From the NCBI GenBank assembly GCA_964036045.1, contig OZ038379.1, forward strand, positions 26,536,001-26,600,000: a DNA stretch of 64,000 nt, in the 5' to 3' direction. Under the pieces are notes generated by a model. It did not search any database. It was given only the letters and a program-made list of their open reading frames with translations, and was not told the origin of the DNA. The stretch comes from Eutreptiella sp. 'Long Island Sound 2002' (taxonomy: Eukaryota > Protista > Euglenida). Position 1 is the stretch's first letter; each line of letters opens with the position of its first letter. This document shows positions 1-11,899 of this stretch, piece after piece. A program made the translations under genes and the position numbers.

Positions 1-1740
1 TCTAATCCCCAGTCTTCAAAGAAAGTACCACAGGTAAAACAGTGCTCAGCAATTTCAAGCATTGCTGGCGAGAAAATAGCAGCGAATTTCTTGTATATTT
101 TGGCCCCTACTCCGTCGCCCCTTGGCGAGTCATCATTATGCAGCTTATCTAATTTCTCATCCACCAAACGTTGTGTCAATGGCCTGAACAATGCTCGCGC
201 CATTGTTTTAAAATTCGCCGCGAGAGGCAGTGATTGCTGTAAAAATGGAGGGTCCCTAAACAGACATAAAAACCTTCCTTTGACACCCCCTCGGAGTGCT
301 CCTTCAATGCCGTGGCTATCTTAAGCGGTTGGCTGAGTTGTGCGCCCCTTTTGTCCCTAACCGCTCCAAGCCGCCGTCGGCAATGTAGCTCCGACATGCG
401 TTTGGTTATCCGTTCCTGCCTGTCTGGCCTTGACCGCGAGTTCAAATCCTCTCCTCCTAAAATTCCTTTTAGCTTGCCTAACAAAATGGTGCACCTCTTG
501 TCATTGCGGTCCTTTTCCGGCAGGGCCACAAGCAGTGAATACACGGCAGATTCCAAATGCGGATTGTACCCTTTGGTTTTGACGTACGCCCACGCTTGTG
601 GGCACACCCCGTGCTTGGTAGACGTTAGGACCAAGCCCAGGATATGGAGGCCCTGGGGCGGGGGAGGGGGGGGGGGGGGCACTTCCCGATGATACTTGAT
701 TGCTTCATTACAATTGATATGGACAGCGATGTCCCACCAATCTTTTGGTGCGGCCTCAATGGAGGAAATCACACTCATCACGCGGGCCACACACTCATTA
801 TCATTCAAAAATTCTTCATAACGCCTGAACCTGGGCAATAAGTCATCCAACACATGTGGGTTGTAGGCAACATGTAGCGCTTTATGGTCGGCCCTTGCCA
901 CGAAGGCCGTATATGCAGAGGACAGGCAGTCTCGGAGGCCGGTGTGACATGTATGCGATATATTCTATACAGGTTCATGGGAGCAATGGGCCGCTCATAA
1001 TCCTCATCCTCCGTTTCGGACAGGTCCTCATCCCTCACCCCAAATCCGAAGGTATAGCCCTCTTGGGGGTCCTGCATGTCAGGGCAGTCTGAATGCACGT
1101 GTATGTATGCATCGTCCAATTGTAGTTTCTGCATAATTTGTGTCTCGGCCTCTCTAGCATCCAAGATTGTCCTGTTTGTATTCTCAAATATTGGGCAAGA
1201 GCCCCTCGATGGGACTATAAGCGAATTATGATCCGCCATCAGGATCTTATGCTCGCGGAAGACATATGTAAGGAGGTTCGGAAGTTTCCTCCATTGAACC
1301 CCTCTTTTTCAAGGCCTATGTGAGAAGTCCGCAGACGTCACACAAAGACCCTCAGGGTTCAGCATCACGCCTACCAAGACGAGTGGACCTGAGGACCACG
1401 CTCGTTGCAACTACAAGCTATTTTTTCCCCCATAGCAGCGACCCTTCCTCTCCCTTCCCCTGGGAAATTCAACATCAGTTCATAGCCAATATTAGAGAAG
1501 AAGATGTTCACCTCATAGTATTGACCCTGTTTGTTGGGGTGGGCATTGAAGTTAGGCTCCAAAATAACCGCGAAATTAACATTCTTGGCGACAAGATGTC
1601 GCCCCAATTCTCGATACTTCAGGACCATTTTGTTTCCCTTTTTTACCTTTCTTAGCGGCCCATTGATGTCAAGGGACATCAATGAGAGTGCACCGAACAG
1701 TGGCGGTGCTTCAAGCACAACACTTATTGTTGACATTGTT
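1..1740 (-). mobile_element. Degenerate non-LTR retrotransposon ORF2 (AP endonuclease, linker, start of RT), frameshifted, running off the window edge
   Basis: APE N-terminal motifs in 1371-1736 (SLDINGPLRK...NFAVILEPNF...GRGRVA). APE C-terminal SDH-like ADHNSLIV at about 1239. Linker SELHCRRRLGAVRDKRGAQLSQPLKIATALKEH matches QEMQCRRRLSSPRDKQGGLLTDPVKVALALQKNW, which precedes the RT at about 17.3 kb. RT-start motif DSPRGDGVGAKIYKK lies near 90-140. Confidence 0.8.
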
Positions 1741-3900
1741 CTGGGAATCGCCTCCCTTTACTACATTGACATAGGTGGACTTCCACCTTTTCCCGGTGCC
1801 CAATTGCGGGGAGTTCAGGTTCCTCTTGCCACACCACTTGGTGTGTTGTCCTGTTCTCACCGTATGATATTGTTGTAGAGACATAATAAATATCGGAGAC
1901 TTGCGTTTGGGATCCCGCACTAGTGCTCCATTCAGATCTTTCAGGTCAGGTCCGGTCAGTTTCCAGGCAGACAAACTGATATCTCGTGGGGTCCAGGAGA
2001 GACGACATGCAGAATGGACTCTTCTGCCTTTGGCACACAACGTTGAGATTACATGAGGCTCTTCAAGCATGGGCAACAAGTCATAGAACACAGCCTGATC
2101 TTTCTTTCTAATTCGTGGTTCGCGAGACTCCACAAATGCTGTGCATCGTGACGACGAAGACCCATCTTAGTCTGAGCCGTCCAGGAAGTTAGAGATTTGT
2201 TCTCTTGTTGGTTCATTTTTTGTGTTGAAGCCAAGGGTCTCCGGCTCATACTTGACTTGAGTAAGCCAGGTGTGGGTTGAGGGTGTATATTTAATGCCTA
2301 CACGGATGTTCATTCTACGTGCCAACTGTACTAAAAAGAAACCCTTCTCATGCACGTGCTCGTGCAAGGAGCTATACACTGTGTGCCACATGTCGGGACC
2401 TGATGCCCGTTTTACACTCTGTTTCGGGTACATTTGCAGTTCCACTGGCCATTCGCTCAATTCCTCACCGAGGAACTCTGCCTCAGGCATGACAGCGAAG
2501 AAGGGGCAGTCTGTGTAGGCTTCATATCTCTTGTTTCACTGCCTATTAGGGGGTGCCATACCAATCCGGCCCCCTCCACAGTGCGATGCGGATGAGACAC
2601 ACATCGAAACCCTTTGCGATCCATTCCAACAAGTATGGCGGGTATCGTGCGGTCTTCCGCCACCTCGACAAATGTTGGGCGCTCACGATCAGGCACAACC
2701 AGCTCAATATGTAGCGCCCACGTGCCAGGGACTAGGAGTTTTTTGATCTGGTATTCAACGGCAAGGCAATTTTTTCTACCTTGTCGTGAGGACGTAACAA
2801 CAAAACTATGCAAAATCATGGACGGTAGGGCCTCCCATGGTTTGTGGGGGGCGATTTAGCTTGTGGAGGTTAGTGATGCGCCAGGGCACCACTTTTGCAA
2901 TCTAGAGCACCGCATTAGGGAACAGGGCCGTGTGTTCATCCATTAAAATCCCCAAATCAAGCCTTTCTACCCTCGCCACCTGCAGTAAGTGCTTTGACAC
3001 TTCTTTCAACAATCCTAGGTCAAGAAAGTTGACCACCATTATAACGCAGATGTCATCATCTTGTAGGGCTTTTATGACCGCGTCATCAGCCATAGCTTTT
3101 GGCTTTGTCCACCACAAGGGCTTCTTTTCATGACGTGTGAGGCATGTCTCCTCTTGGAGGATTATCGCCATGTCCTCCCACTTATACAAAAAGCAAAGCA
3201 TTTCTTGTTCTCTGTCCGTGAGGGACAATGTTGCTGCAGGCTCTGGCGCCCTTTCCACTTGCTTCCTTGCTTGCATAACATTATTGATGATGTGTTTTGA
3301 GAAAGCCGCCCCCTTTCCCTTGGGGGGGGGGGTTGCACATCCCCTGCTTCACTAGTTTTCTCATGTGCCTGAGGAGGGCAAGGACGTGGGGGGGGGGGGT
3401 CCTTCCCCTTCATGGTCTCTTGTGATGTGTTTCAATGGCCTCCTTATTAGAGAGGAGTTCTCATTGTTGCTGAATAATCGTCGTCTTCTGCTCGTCCAAG
3501 ATCGCTTGCAGCCGAGGCCCTGGATTGGCCATGACTTGCAGCACTATGTCTTGAGCATGCAGAACTTGCTGGGACACCAGCATTTTCTTAGAGCGCAATG
3601 TTTCCAAAAGCGCATTTGTTGCATCACTAGCGACTAAATCCTTCGGTTGAGCAATCACTTTTAGCCGTTCTTCAAATCAGGCTACATTCCCACGTGCCTG
3701 GCGGAGCGGTTGCTCTTCGGCAATGGCTATCACTTCAGTGAGTTTGTTAGCGGCATGCAAAATGTTTTCAAAGTAGTCGCTTCCTCTCGATAGGCTCGTT
3801 GTCGCTCATCATTGGTCACAGTTTGCATGTGCTTCAACCGGTCACGAGACCGCTGAAATTGCTCCGCGAGCACCGTTGGATGGTTGTTAGTAGCAAAATC
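1711..3900 (-). mobile_element. Probable ORF1 region of the same LINE, broken into a chain of short ORFs
   Basis: Head-to-tail minus-strand ORFs (1711-2133, 2167-2490, 2457-2819, 2902-3276, 3461-3658) directly 5' of the APE. No recognisable domain; assigned by position. Confidence 0.45.
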
Positions 3901-5154
3901 GAGAATCATTTTTCATTATCACTAGCATTGAATGAAAATTGTACCGACAGCAAGAGGTCTTGCGTCGATGGTTAGCTCATTGTTATAGAAGAGCGGGAGA
4001 ACACACAATCTGGTTAGAGGCGGGCTACCTCGCCCGTGAAGACCAAGAATTCCCCTGAGTTTAGACCAACAGTCTACCTAGAGTGTAGAAGATGATGCAA
4101 AAGTCAGAATCTAGAGGCATTCCGCTCAGGGCAACAAGAAGAAAAACCGGCTTCCAGTAATCCAAGACTAATCGTGACGCATCGGGGCGCTGCTCCCTGC
4201 TGCGAGTTCCCTGCCGGAAAATGCGTATCTCCGTTTTGAAGCGCTCGTAGGGACGCAGTTGCGCCTGTGGTGCAAGAACAGGATCCGTGCAGTGTGTAGG
4301 GGCTCTGTATGCTGTGGGGCGGCTCTCACGAGCGAGCACTCCCTAGGTGCCAGGCCTCCAACGCCAGGCGCACGCGGCCCACCCACGCTGAAAGGGCTTG
4401 CAGTCCCTCCCACCGCGCTTGCAGCGACAGGACCTGCAATCATGGCCCCCATCGTAGTTGGATCAGGGGGCACATGGCCTCCACAGCGCTGCAGCCCCCT
4501 GAAAGAGACGCCCGCCCAGCGGGAGAAGTGAACGCCACCGGTCAATGGGCGCCCCTCGCAATAGTTGGTGCGCCGCCATGTGCCGCCGCACCGCTTGTCG
4601 TAGCACTTGGGTCCACTCCCGTAGCCGGAGGCACGTTCCCAGCACCTTGTGGGATTAGGACATGGGGATTGCTCAGCCCATGAAGGCCTTGTAATCCAAG
4701 GCAAGCACGGCCCACGATATGTCGTTTAGGCCCTATTGACATGTGAGGGCCCCTGCCCAGCGGACCAAATCATGGGCGAAAGGTGGTTCCTAGCCTAGCC
4801 ACCTAGGCGGCAGGCTAGCCCGCAGGCGAAGCGGGGGCACCCACGGTACACGTGGCAAGGGGCCATACGGGTCGGCTCAAGGGTATCGCCCACGCTCCCC
4901 TAGCTACAGCGCCCGCCAGAAGAGTGCACACCCCAAGTCATTGCGCTCGTCGTGGCCCGCAGCAATGCGCTCCGCCAAAACCGCGAGATACTTGCCGCAA
5001 GCGGTTGCAGAAAGTATGCGCCAAAGTCTTATCTATGCCCTCTAACAAGTGGGAGGGCAAGAGCCCTACCCGGCGGAGACACACACGCGAGTGCTCAAGA
5101 GGGCCAAGCCGGGGTAGGGCTACTAAAGCGGCGAGCAGCCACAGGTCTAGGCAG

Positions 5155-5475
5155 GGCGGTCCTTAACAAGAAAAAAAAGGTGCTCCGTTACACAGTTTTC
5201 CTAAAAAAGCGTGCGGGCACTCCATGTGTTCAAGCATGGTCGGTGGCGGTTGGCGGCTGGCAATTGGCGGCGATTGGCGGTAGGCACTTGGCAACCAGAG
5301 GTTGGTGGTGGTCGGTGATTGGTCGCCGCTGGCAGTTGGCGGTGGTTGGTAGCGGTTGGCGGTTGGTGGTGGGTGGCGGTTGGCGGTTGGTGGCGGTTGG
5401 CGCTTCGTGGTCCCTTGGGGCGGTCCTTAAGGGGGGCTCTTAACAAAAAAAATATATGGTTCCTCAAGGACCGCC
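5155..5475. mobile_element. MITE-like element with 10-bp terminal inverted repeats and a GGCGGTTG-type internal array
   Basis: GGCGGTCCTT at 5155-5164 and AAGGACCGCC at 5466-5475. Interior has degenerate (GGCGGTTG/GGTGG)n at about 5230-5400 and a second GGGCGGTCCTTAA at about 5418. No clear TSD. Confidence 0.55.
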
Positions 5476-6500
5476 TTGGGTCCAGGTGTCCCGCGCACCG
5501 TACCACTGCAAGCAGTCCCATAGGACATGCGCCTTATACTCATGGGTGGACCCACAGAACGGACAAGTCAAGGTCCATAGGGCCCTTGACAAGAGCCCAC
5601 GGAGCAACGAGGCCTCTTTCTTGTTGGAGGCCACCCGGATCACCGCGCGGCACATCATCACCTAGCCCCTCGAAGGTTGCCGTGTGGCATGCCTCCAGTT
5701 GACGTGCCGCATGGCACCGGAGCGCCTCCTGCACGCGGTGATGGACGGCCCGCATGGGCTCCTACACCATGTGTAGGGGCTCCGGCTGCCCCGGCACATC
5801 CCGACACCACTAGCCGTCCATAGGGTACTAGCCAAGAAGGTGGAGCATGCGGAGGGCACGGCCCACCGGGCTGTCCGCCAGGGGCGACGTCCCGCACTCC
5901 CAGATCGCCTGCACAAAGATGCTCGGTCACGCCCGGGCATCGTGCCACCCATACAAGATGATGCGCGCATGGCGTACGTGCATCACCGGAGAGATTGTGT
6001 GGCCCGGCAGTAGGACATAGAACACGATCTCCTTGGCCGGGGAAAGCCGGGTGGCCCCCCACATAAAGCTGAGGACGAGGGTCTCGAGCCTGGCGAGGTC
6101 ACTATCATGGCGAGGTCACTATCAGAGACGGGTGCCTCGGCCACGCCATGCAACGCCGGGGGGGTCACCACGGAGCTGACCGCCCGCACCTGGCAGTCCT
6201 CCGTGGCCGGCGTCATGTCCTGGAGCTCCACCGCTCCCAGGGCTACCGCTTGGGTGTCATCGGCGGGTGTCATCGGCGTAACCTGGCGACCCGGGCACCG
6301 CATATCCCGCACTTTGGTCAGCCAGTGGCGGCGGTGCTGCAGGGGCCGCTCGTACCCAGAGTCGACGTGCTCCTGGGCCAGGAGCAGTGCGGCCTTGGCC
6401 ACACAGACCTGGAGGCAGAGGGAGTCGACCTCCCACTTCCAGATCGTAGTAAGGACATTCACCGAGATCACTGACAGCGGGCACCCCTGCAAGATCCCGT
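5476..6500 (-). mobile_element. Degenerate LINE RT C-terminal half plus zinc finger (5'-truncated)
   Basis: LQGCPLSVISVNVLTTIW (RT QGxPLSP motif, about 6490), YADDT (about 6270, frameshifted) and C-terminal CPFCGSTHEYKAHVLWDC (about 5510-5565). Confidence 0.75.
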
Positions 6501-7119
6501 TGGTGGCCCTCCACCACGCCCCACAGCATCACAGTGAGAGCAAGGAGCGGTAGTGACCCATTGGCTCGCTGCAGAGGAGCTAACCCATCGCCAGGTGCTT
6601 TTCCACTGGTGGGCCTAGGCTTTGGGTTGGTGTTAGGATCAGGGTTGAGGTTGAGGTTGTGTTGGGGTGCAAATGGACAAAACTTTCCTTCAGGCGCCTT
6701 TGGTGCCCATGGACCGTCCTGCACCTTCTGCGCCCATGGACTCCATAGGCCAGTACCTTTAGGAATTAATTGTTGGCCGGAGGCCCCCTTGGGGGTGGGG
6801 GGTCTGCATCCTGGGGACCTGCAGAGCCGGCACCCCAGGGCCCAGCCCGGCTGTGACACTGACACAGCCAGGCTATTCCGGCCTTTGGGACAGTCAATCC
6901 ATGTACTGGGGGGGTGTACTTGTTGGTTGTGAGAAACTCTGAGACCAACCTCCAAAGCAAACTGGCAAAAACCCCACAGCTCGCCAGTCCCCTTATCCAC
7001 CTGCCTGACATATGTATGTTGCACAACTCTCCTGGCCACGCTCTGCATGGTGTGCAATACCCTGCCTGTTTCTGCAAGCTGTCCGTTGGGCACTTTGCCC
7101 TGTACCTGCTTGCCGAACA

Positions 7120-7190
7120 TTTCCACACACAAACACACACACCCACACACAAATACACACACACAAATACACAAACACACACACAATGTA
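7120..7190. repeat. Degenerate (CA)n microsatellite inside the SLC52 intron
   Basis: acacacaaacacacacacccacacacaaatacacacacacaaatac... Confidence 0.85.
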
Positions 7191-7228
7191 ACAGTTTGCA
7201 CCCACGAAGTCTAAAGCAGGAGACACAC

Positions 7229-7399
7229 CTGGATGGCAGCGCTAAGGTATGCCCCTATGGCCCAGCCCTCAGGCTGCTGGCGGGCGAAGATGGGCAGCTC
7301 CTGGAACACACCGTTGATGGCGATCCATGCGCTGACACCGAGGACAGCAAAGAGGCCATAGAGAATATACTGGCCCTTGGACTGCAGGGCCATGGCCAT
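7229..7399 (-). CDS. SLC52A: First coding exon of an SLC52/GPR172-family riboflavin transporter; remaining exons not found in the window
   Basis: MAMALQSKGQYILYGLFAVLGVSAWIAINGVFQELPIFARQQPEGWAIGAYLSAAIQ matches the SLC52 N-terminal signature (LFGxGSWxAVNGIWxELPxxVxxLPEGWxLPSY). Phase-0 donor CAG|GTGTGT at 7229/7228. Pyrimidine-rich upstream leader. Confidence 0.8.
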
Positions 7400-10300
7400 G
7401 CGCCGCCGAACGGAGAAGCGCCCAGACAAAAATGAGACAGATGGTAGGTGCCCGGACAGCAGCTTGAGTGAACTGAATGGAGAGACGCAGGGCTGTTGCG
7501 TATATTCAGTGCATGCTCAATGTCATGCTGAAGCCCGACGCTTCATAGCAGGGTCCCTGGAACACTCACCATCACTAACTAAATCTGCATGTACAAATGC
7601 AGCCCATTACCCAGTGCCTGTGCCGCCCTGTTCTGTTGTTCTGTCCAGTCGCCAGTCATCCCCTTCTCCTCTTCGCCACTCGTCATGTCCAGGCATTTGT
7701 ACAAATGGGGCATTGGGCTCCCTATGCTGGATCGTCCCACCCCTGTGTCCTGAACACAACCTACCATTCAAAATTACCAGACACACGCTTCCGGGCTGCA
7801 GTGCCCAGTGCATGTGCTGCCCAGTGCCCAGTCCTCAGTGCTCTTTCAGCTCATTGCCCAGCACCAGTGCTGCCCAATGCCGAATGCATGTGCTGATCCT
7901 TACTACGCACTGCCATTCCTCCCCAAAGTGTCTGACTTAATCTACAGAAAATGGGGGATTTGACTTCCGTAATCCTAAGCATGCGTACTTCATGGGATCC
8001 AGCAGTGTCACATAGTGCCCACTGAGTGGTTGAGAGCCTCGTGCATATGTCTATAGCATATGACCTGCACATTATCTTATCTGCCTTCACATCCCTCTGC
8101 ATCGAATCATGGCCCATTTGGAAAATGATGAAGTCCAGCAAATGTCTCTCTTTGTTTCAGTCAGATCTTTGAACAAGGACTTTGCAAAGGGTGTCTGTCC
8201 TGCCGCTGTTGCTATCCTCACCTTCTACGTCTTCTTGTGATTCTTCTTCTTCTTGTGATGTGTATTGGAGGCCTCTAACAATTGCCTCATCTTTTGCAGT
8301 GTGCATTGTGTGGTGCATCCACTGTTGCACCCTCTCCCATTCCTGGTCTTACATTTTGCCTGCCATCCTTTTCCTGAGTGTTGTTTCTGCACATGAAAGT
8401 AGCAGGTGGCGAGGGAATGCATTGATGCATTGATGCATTGATGATTTTGTCCGACAATAATCAACCACTCCTAGGAAACTGGGCATTGGGAGAACTGGCC
8501 CAGCGGGGGGAGGGTGGTGACGGTGTACTGGGGAACTGGCAGGGGCGTGATATCTACCGGCACCTGCTGCCTAGCCTGTGGACTCCATGCAGATTGTTCA
8601 TCTGTGGCTGTAAAGAGAACCTTCTGTCTTGTGTAGGATTGCCTCCATGCTGTTGCATGTGACGCCCAATCTTTTGAAGCAAATTGTAACGTTCACCAAC
8701 ATGCATCACCACTCTTGGGCTCTGTTTGCACCGCACCAATGTTTGGGTTCATCCTCGGCGCCTACGAGCCTTTCCTCCCTCTCAGCACAACAATGAAAAC
8801 TATGTACATAATATGCGGCCCTTCTGCACTCTGCATCCCAGGCATGCCATGCCGCAACCCCTGTGCGAGAGCCCATGGAGGGGCAAGCCTGTAAGAGCAC
8901 ATGGAAGTGGATGACCTACGCGGTGCTGAGTGCTGAGGTCGCTCTAGGGACTGTGGAACCTGCACTGCCCTAGCTAGCTGTGTGGCTAGCCCTCTATGAA
9001 TCCGTTAGCAAGCTCCCCTGACTGGCCTACACCCCACCTCTTCTGGCGAAGATGACCCTTAAGGCTGTACTGGCTATTTCTGTATCTGTGGGTGAACCTG
9101 TGTCCACCGATTGGTGTGTGCTTGCTGACAGCCCATCACTGTCCATCTGCCACCCCTCTGGTCTTGAGGAGGGTTCTGATCTCCAGACTGTCCACACCCA
9201 ACACGTCCCTCACTTCCACTCCTACTGACGTCGGCATCAATGACCTTACACCTGAGTACAGGGATCACTGCGGCATCAGAGACACGACACCAGAATACAA
9301 TGACAAAACCAGCGTAAGTGTCAGGGCTATAGGTTAGACAGGAGAGGGTTGCACCGACGTCCTCACCTGTGGCGAGGGCACAGCGCTTTCATCTGGCCCT
9401 GCATTTTGATCTTCGGCTGTCACTTGCCCTACAAGGCACCCACACACTCTGGACATCATCTGAATACTAAGCTCCAACAAGTATCTGTGCTCCTCCACGT
9501 GCAGCGGAATCCCTGGTGCTCCCGGAGGCTTCCCGGTCACTGCCTGGGTCCTGGCCCACCAGAGCCCTTGATTATGCACATGGCCCAATGACATGGACAC
9601 AGCATGCTACACTGGTAGCTGCCGCAACGCCCTGGCGCCCTCTGCAGAAGCACAACATACTGTATTGGCACGTCCCTTGGAGTTTGTTGGAGCGCCATTA
9701 TGGTCGCACTTTGTTCCGCATAATGCGATGTGAGTACATTATCGGGGTGTTGTGCACCAAAAGAATTACCATATGCCAATGACCCTCGCCAACCTGCACC
9801 GCCAGCCAAGCCTTCAGCTCGTCAGACTGCCCCAAACTGACCGCTGCAACGCCATGCCTGGCCCCTGGCCCTGGCCTTTCCATTACTTACGTGGTTGGGT
9901 AAAAGGGATCAGCTGATATCCTTGCGCCCTGCCCTCCTGACTGAGAACAATCTGGACAGCACTGGTAGTGGGAATTGAGCCCTAAAATCTTTGCCCAGCA
10001 CACCCCAAGCATAGCAATCCCCAACAGCCAAGAAGATGAACTAATAACTTCACAAAGTGGTTCATTGTTGAATACCTCGCCAAGGCGAGGGAGGGCCGCA
10101 GCTCATTTTTGAAGTACCATCAGCGTTCTTGTGTGCCTTACCATACCTCGCAAGGCAGTAGGGGAGGGAGGGAGGGGAGGATCTGACATGAGACCTGGGA
10201 CCATGCATGTTGATGCATCTTCATTCAGTGTGCTTCTCATCTATTCCTCAGCATCCCAAACCTCAACTAAGCAAGTCTGCGGTCAAAACAAGAAGAAACA

Positions 10301-11217
10301 CCAAAAAAGAACACACACATCAACAAGAAGATGCGCATGTTCTTTTACTGGGGAGGGGTTTACACAGACATTCCGAATCTCTATTACAAAGCCACTGAGG
10401 GACAAATGTATATTGAGGGGCAACGAAACCACAATCACATGAATCAGAGTAGCCTGTGCGCCTTCCATATCCATTTTTTATGCTCCTTTGCAATCTTTCG
10501 CGATTTTTCATGTCACCATCTGTGTAAGGTGAGGGAATGCTGCCAAAGGCCTGTCCCACACAACTGGTATCTTAGTACCATGAGTATGCGTCTTGTAATC
10601 CATATACAAGGGGAGTCCATACTGGATTCTCAGCCACCATACTTAACCTATCACAAACATGCTCACACAGTGGGCGGAGGCATCAGAAGGAAGAGGGTGG
10701 TAATGCAGGAGATTGCCCAACTTGGCATGCATGATCCCGTTGGTTGGTTGGGGGGCATCGGTGGTCAGGTTGCAGTGTCCGCATTAGGCTCCAGCTGCGC
10801 CTGCCCCACAGCTTTCATCACCTTCTGTCCATCGTGGTGCCTCCAGCGCATTCAGTCTCACCGGCATGTTCAGCGTGCTCCCTCCCCGAATGGTTGGGGT
10901 TGCGACCTTCAGGACTCTATTGAGTTAGGCGTGCATCCTGGTCAGTGGTCACTCCTTCACCAGGTGCTAGTGCTAGCTGGCTCCCATTTGGCCCTCCCCG
11001 GTTCCGGCTGGCTGTCGGTCCTTAGGTTGAAAACCCCAGTGGGTACAGGGTGTCGGTTAGGGTCGGTTAGGGGTCAATGCAATACATACAACATACAGCA
11101 AGGGATGGGGTTGGCCTCTGCACATGGCGCCTAGTATAGGAAAAAGCATAGATGTTACCTGGATATTCATCGATCATATCGATCATATCACCAAACCTAC
11201 GAATTTCGTGCCCCCCC

Positions 11218-11285
11218 CCCCCGGTATCGAACCTGGCATCTCCGGCCAGCGCTCGATCTCTTTAGCCACTATGCTATACCGACGA
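11218..11285 (-). other. tRNA-derived (SINE-head-like) sequence, unit 1
   Basis: Minus strand reads TAGCATAGTGG (A box) ... GGTTCGATACC (B box). Anticodon arm not canonical. Ends in a poly-G run. Confidence 0.6.
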
Positions 11286-11348
11286 GGTCTGATTTCCTGC
11301 CCCACAGGCAGAACAGGCGGGGCTGTCCCGCAGCATAGTGCATCCCAA

Positions 11349-11416
11349 CCCTCCCCGGGGTTCGAACCACCGCCTACGGAATGCGAGACCCGCCGCATAC
11401 CATTCATCTACAGGGA
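11349..11416 (-). other. tRNA-derived (SINE-head-like) sequence, unit 2
   Basis: TCCCTGTAGATGAATGG...GGGTCTCGCATTCCG...GGTTCGAACCCCGGGGA: partial acceptor stem, A and B boxes, imperfect anticodon loop. Confidence 0.6.
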
Positions 11417-11899
11417 CGATACCGACCGACGACATTCTGGGGGGCCGGGGGGGGGTGGGGGGGGGGGGGTGGAGCTGTGAAAAACCCAGTGGGTTCAGGC
11501 TGTAGGCTCGGACGTCAAGGCACACAACCGTTTCCACGGCTGGCAGGGGAGCTGGCAACACCAATCACGCCGGTAGCAGTGACTACGCCCTATTTTGTGG
11601 GAACCCGAAACACTTTCCAACCACCTGGGGGGCGTCGCCACTGACCCCCCCGGGTATCTATGCGGTTATTAGAATCCCTCAACCTGGCCCTCATGGACGA
11701 TGCAGAGGACCACAGCAGTGGTCCGACGACTCCCAGGTCAGAGGAATCCCATGAGTCTGCGGCCAGGACAGTGACCTGCAGCACAGAGGGTTCCAGATGT
11801 GCCACCCCGTGATCTGCAGATGATGGCAATGGAGGAGTTCCCCCGGTTTACCAACCGCCCCGACCAACCTCCCAACAAAACAGATCACGCCCCCCCTGC

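Noticed and set aside
6257-7201. 314-aa minus-strand ORF as SLC52 exon 2 or a separate gene
   Set aside because: Starts in a CA microsatellite, crosses a repeat and runs into the LINE RT fragment. No transmembrane SLC52 continuation.
7850-11100. Numerous 60-270-aa ORFs, including 10331-11134
   Set aside because: No convincing domain or splice structure. ARHGVAAVSLG (about 9850) only faintly resembles an APE motif.
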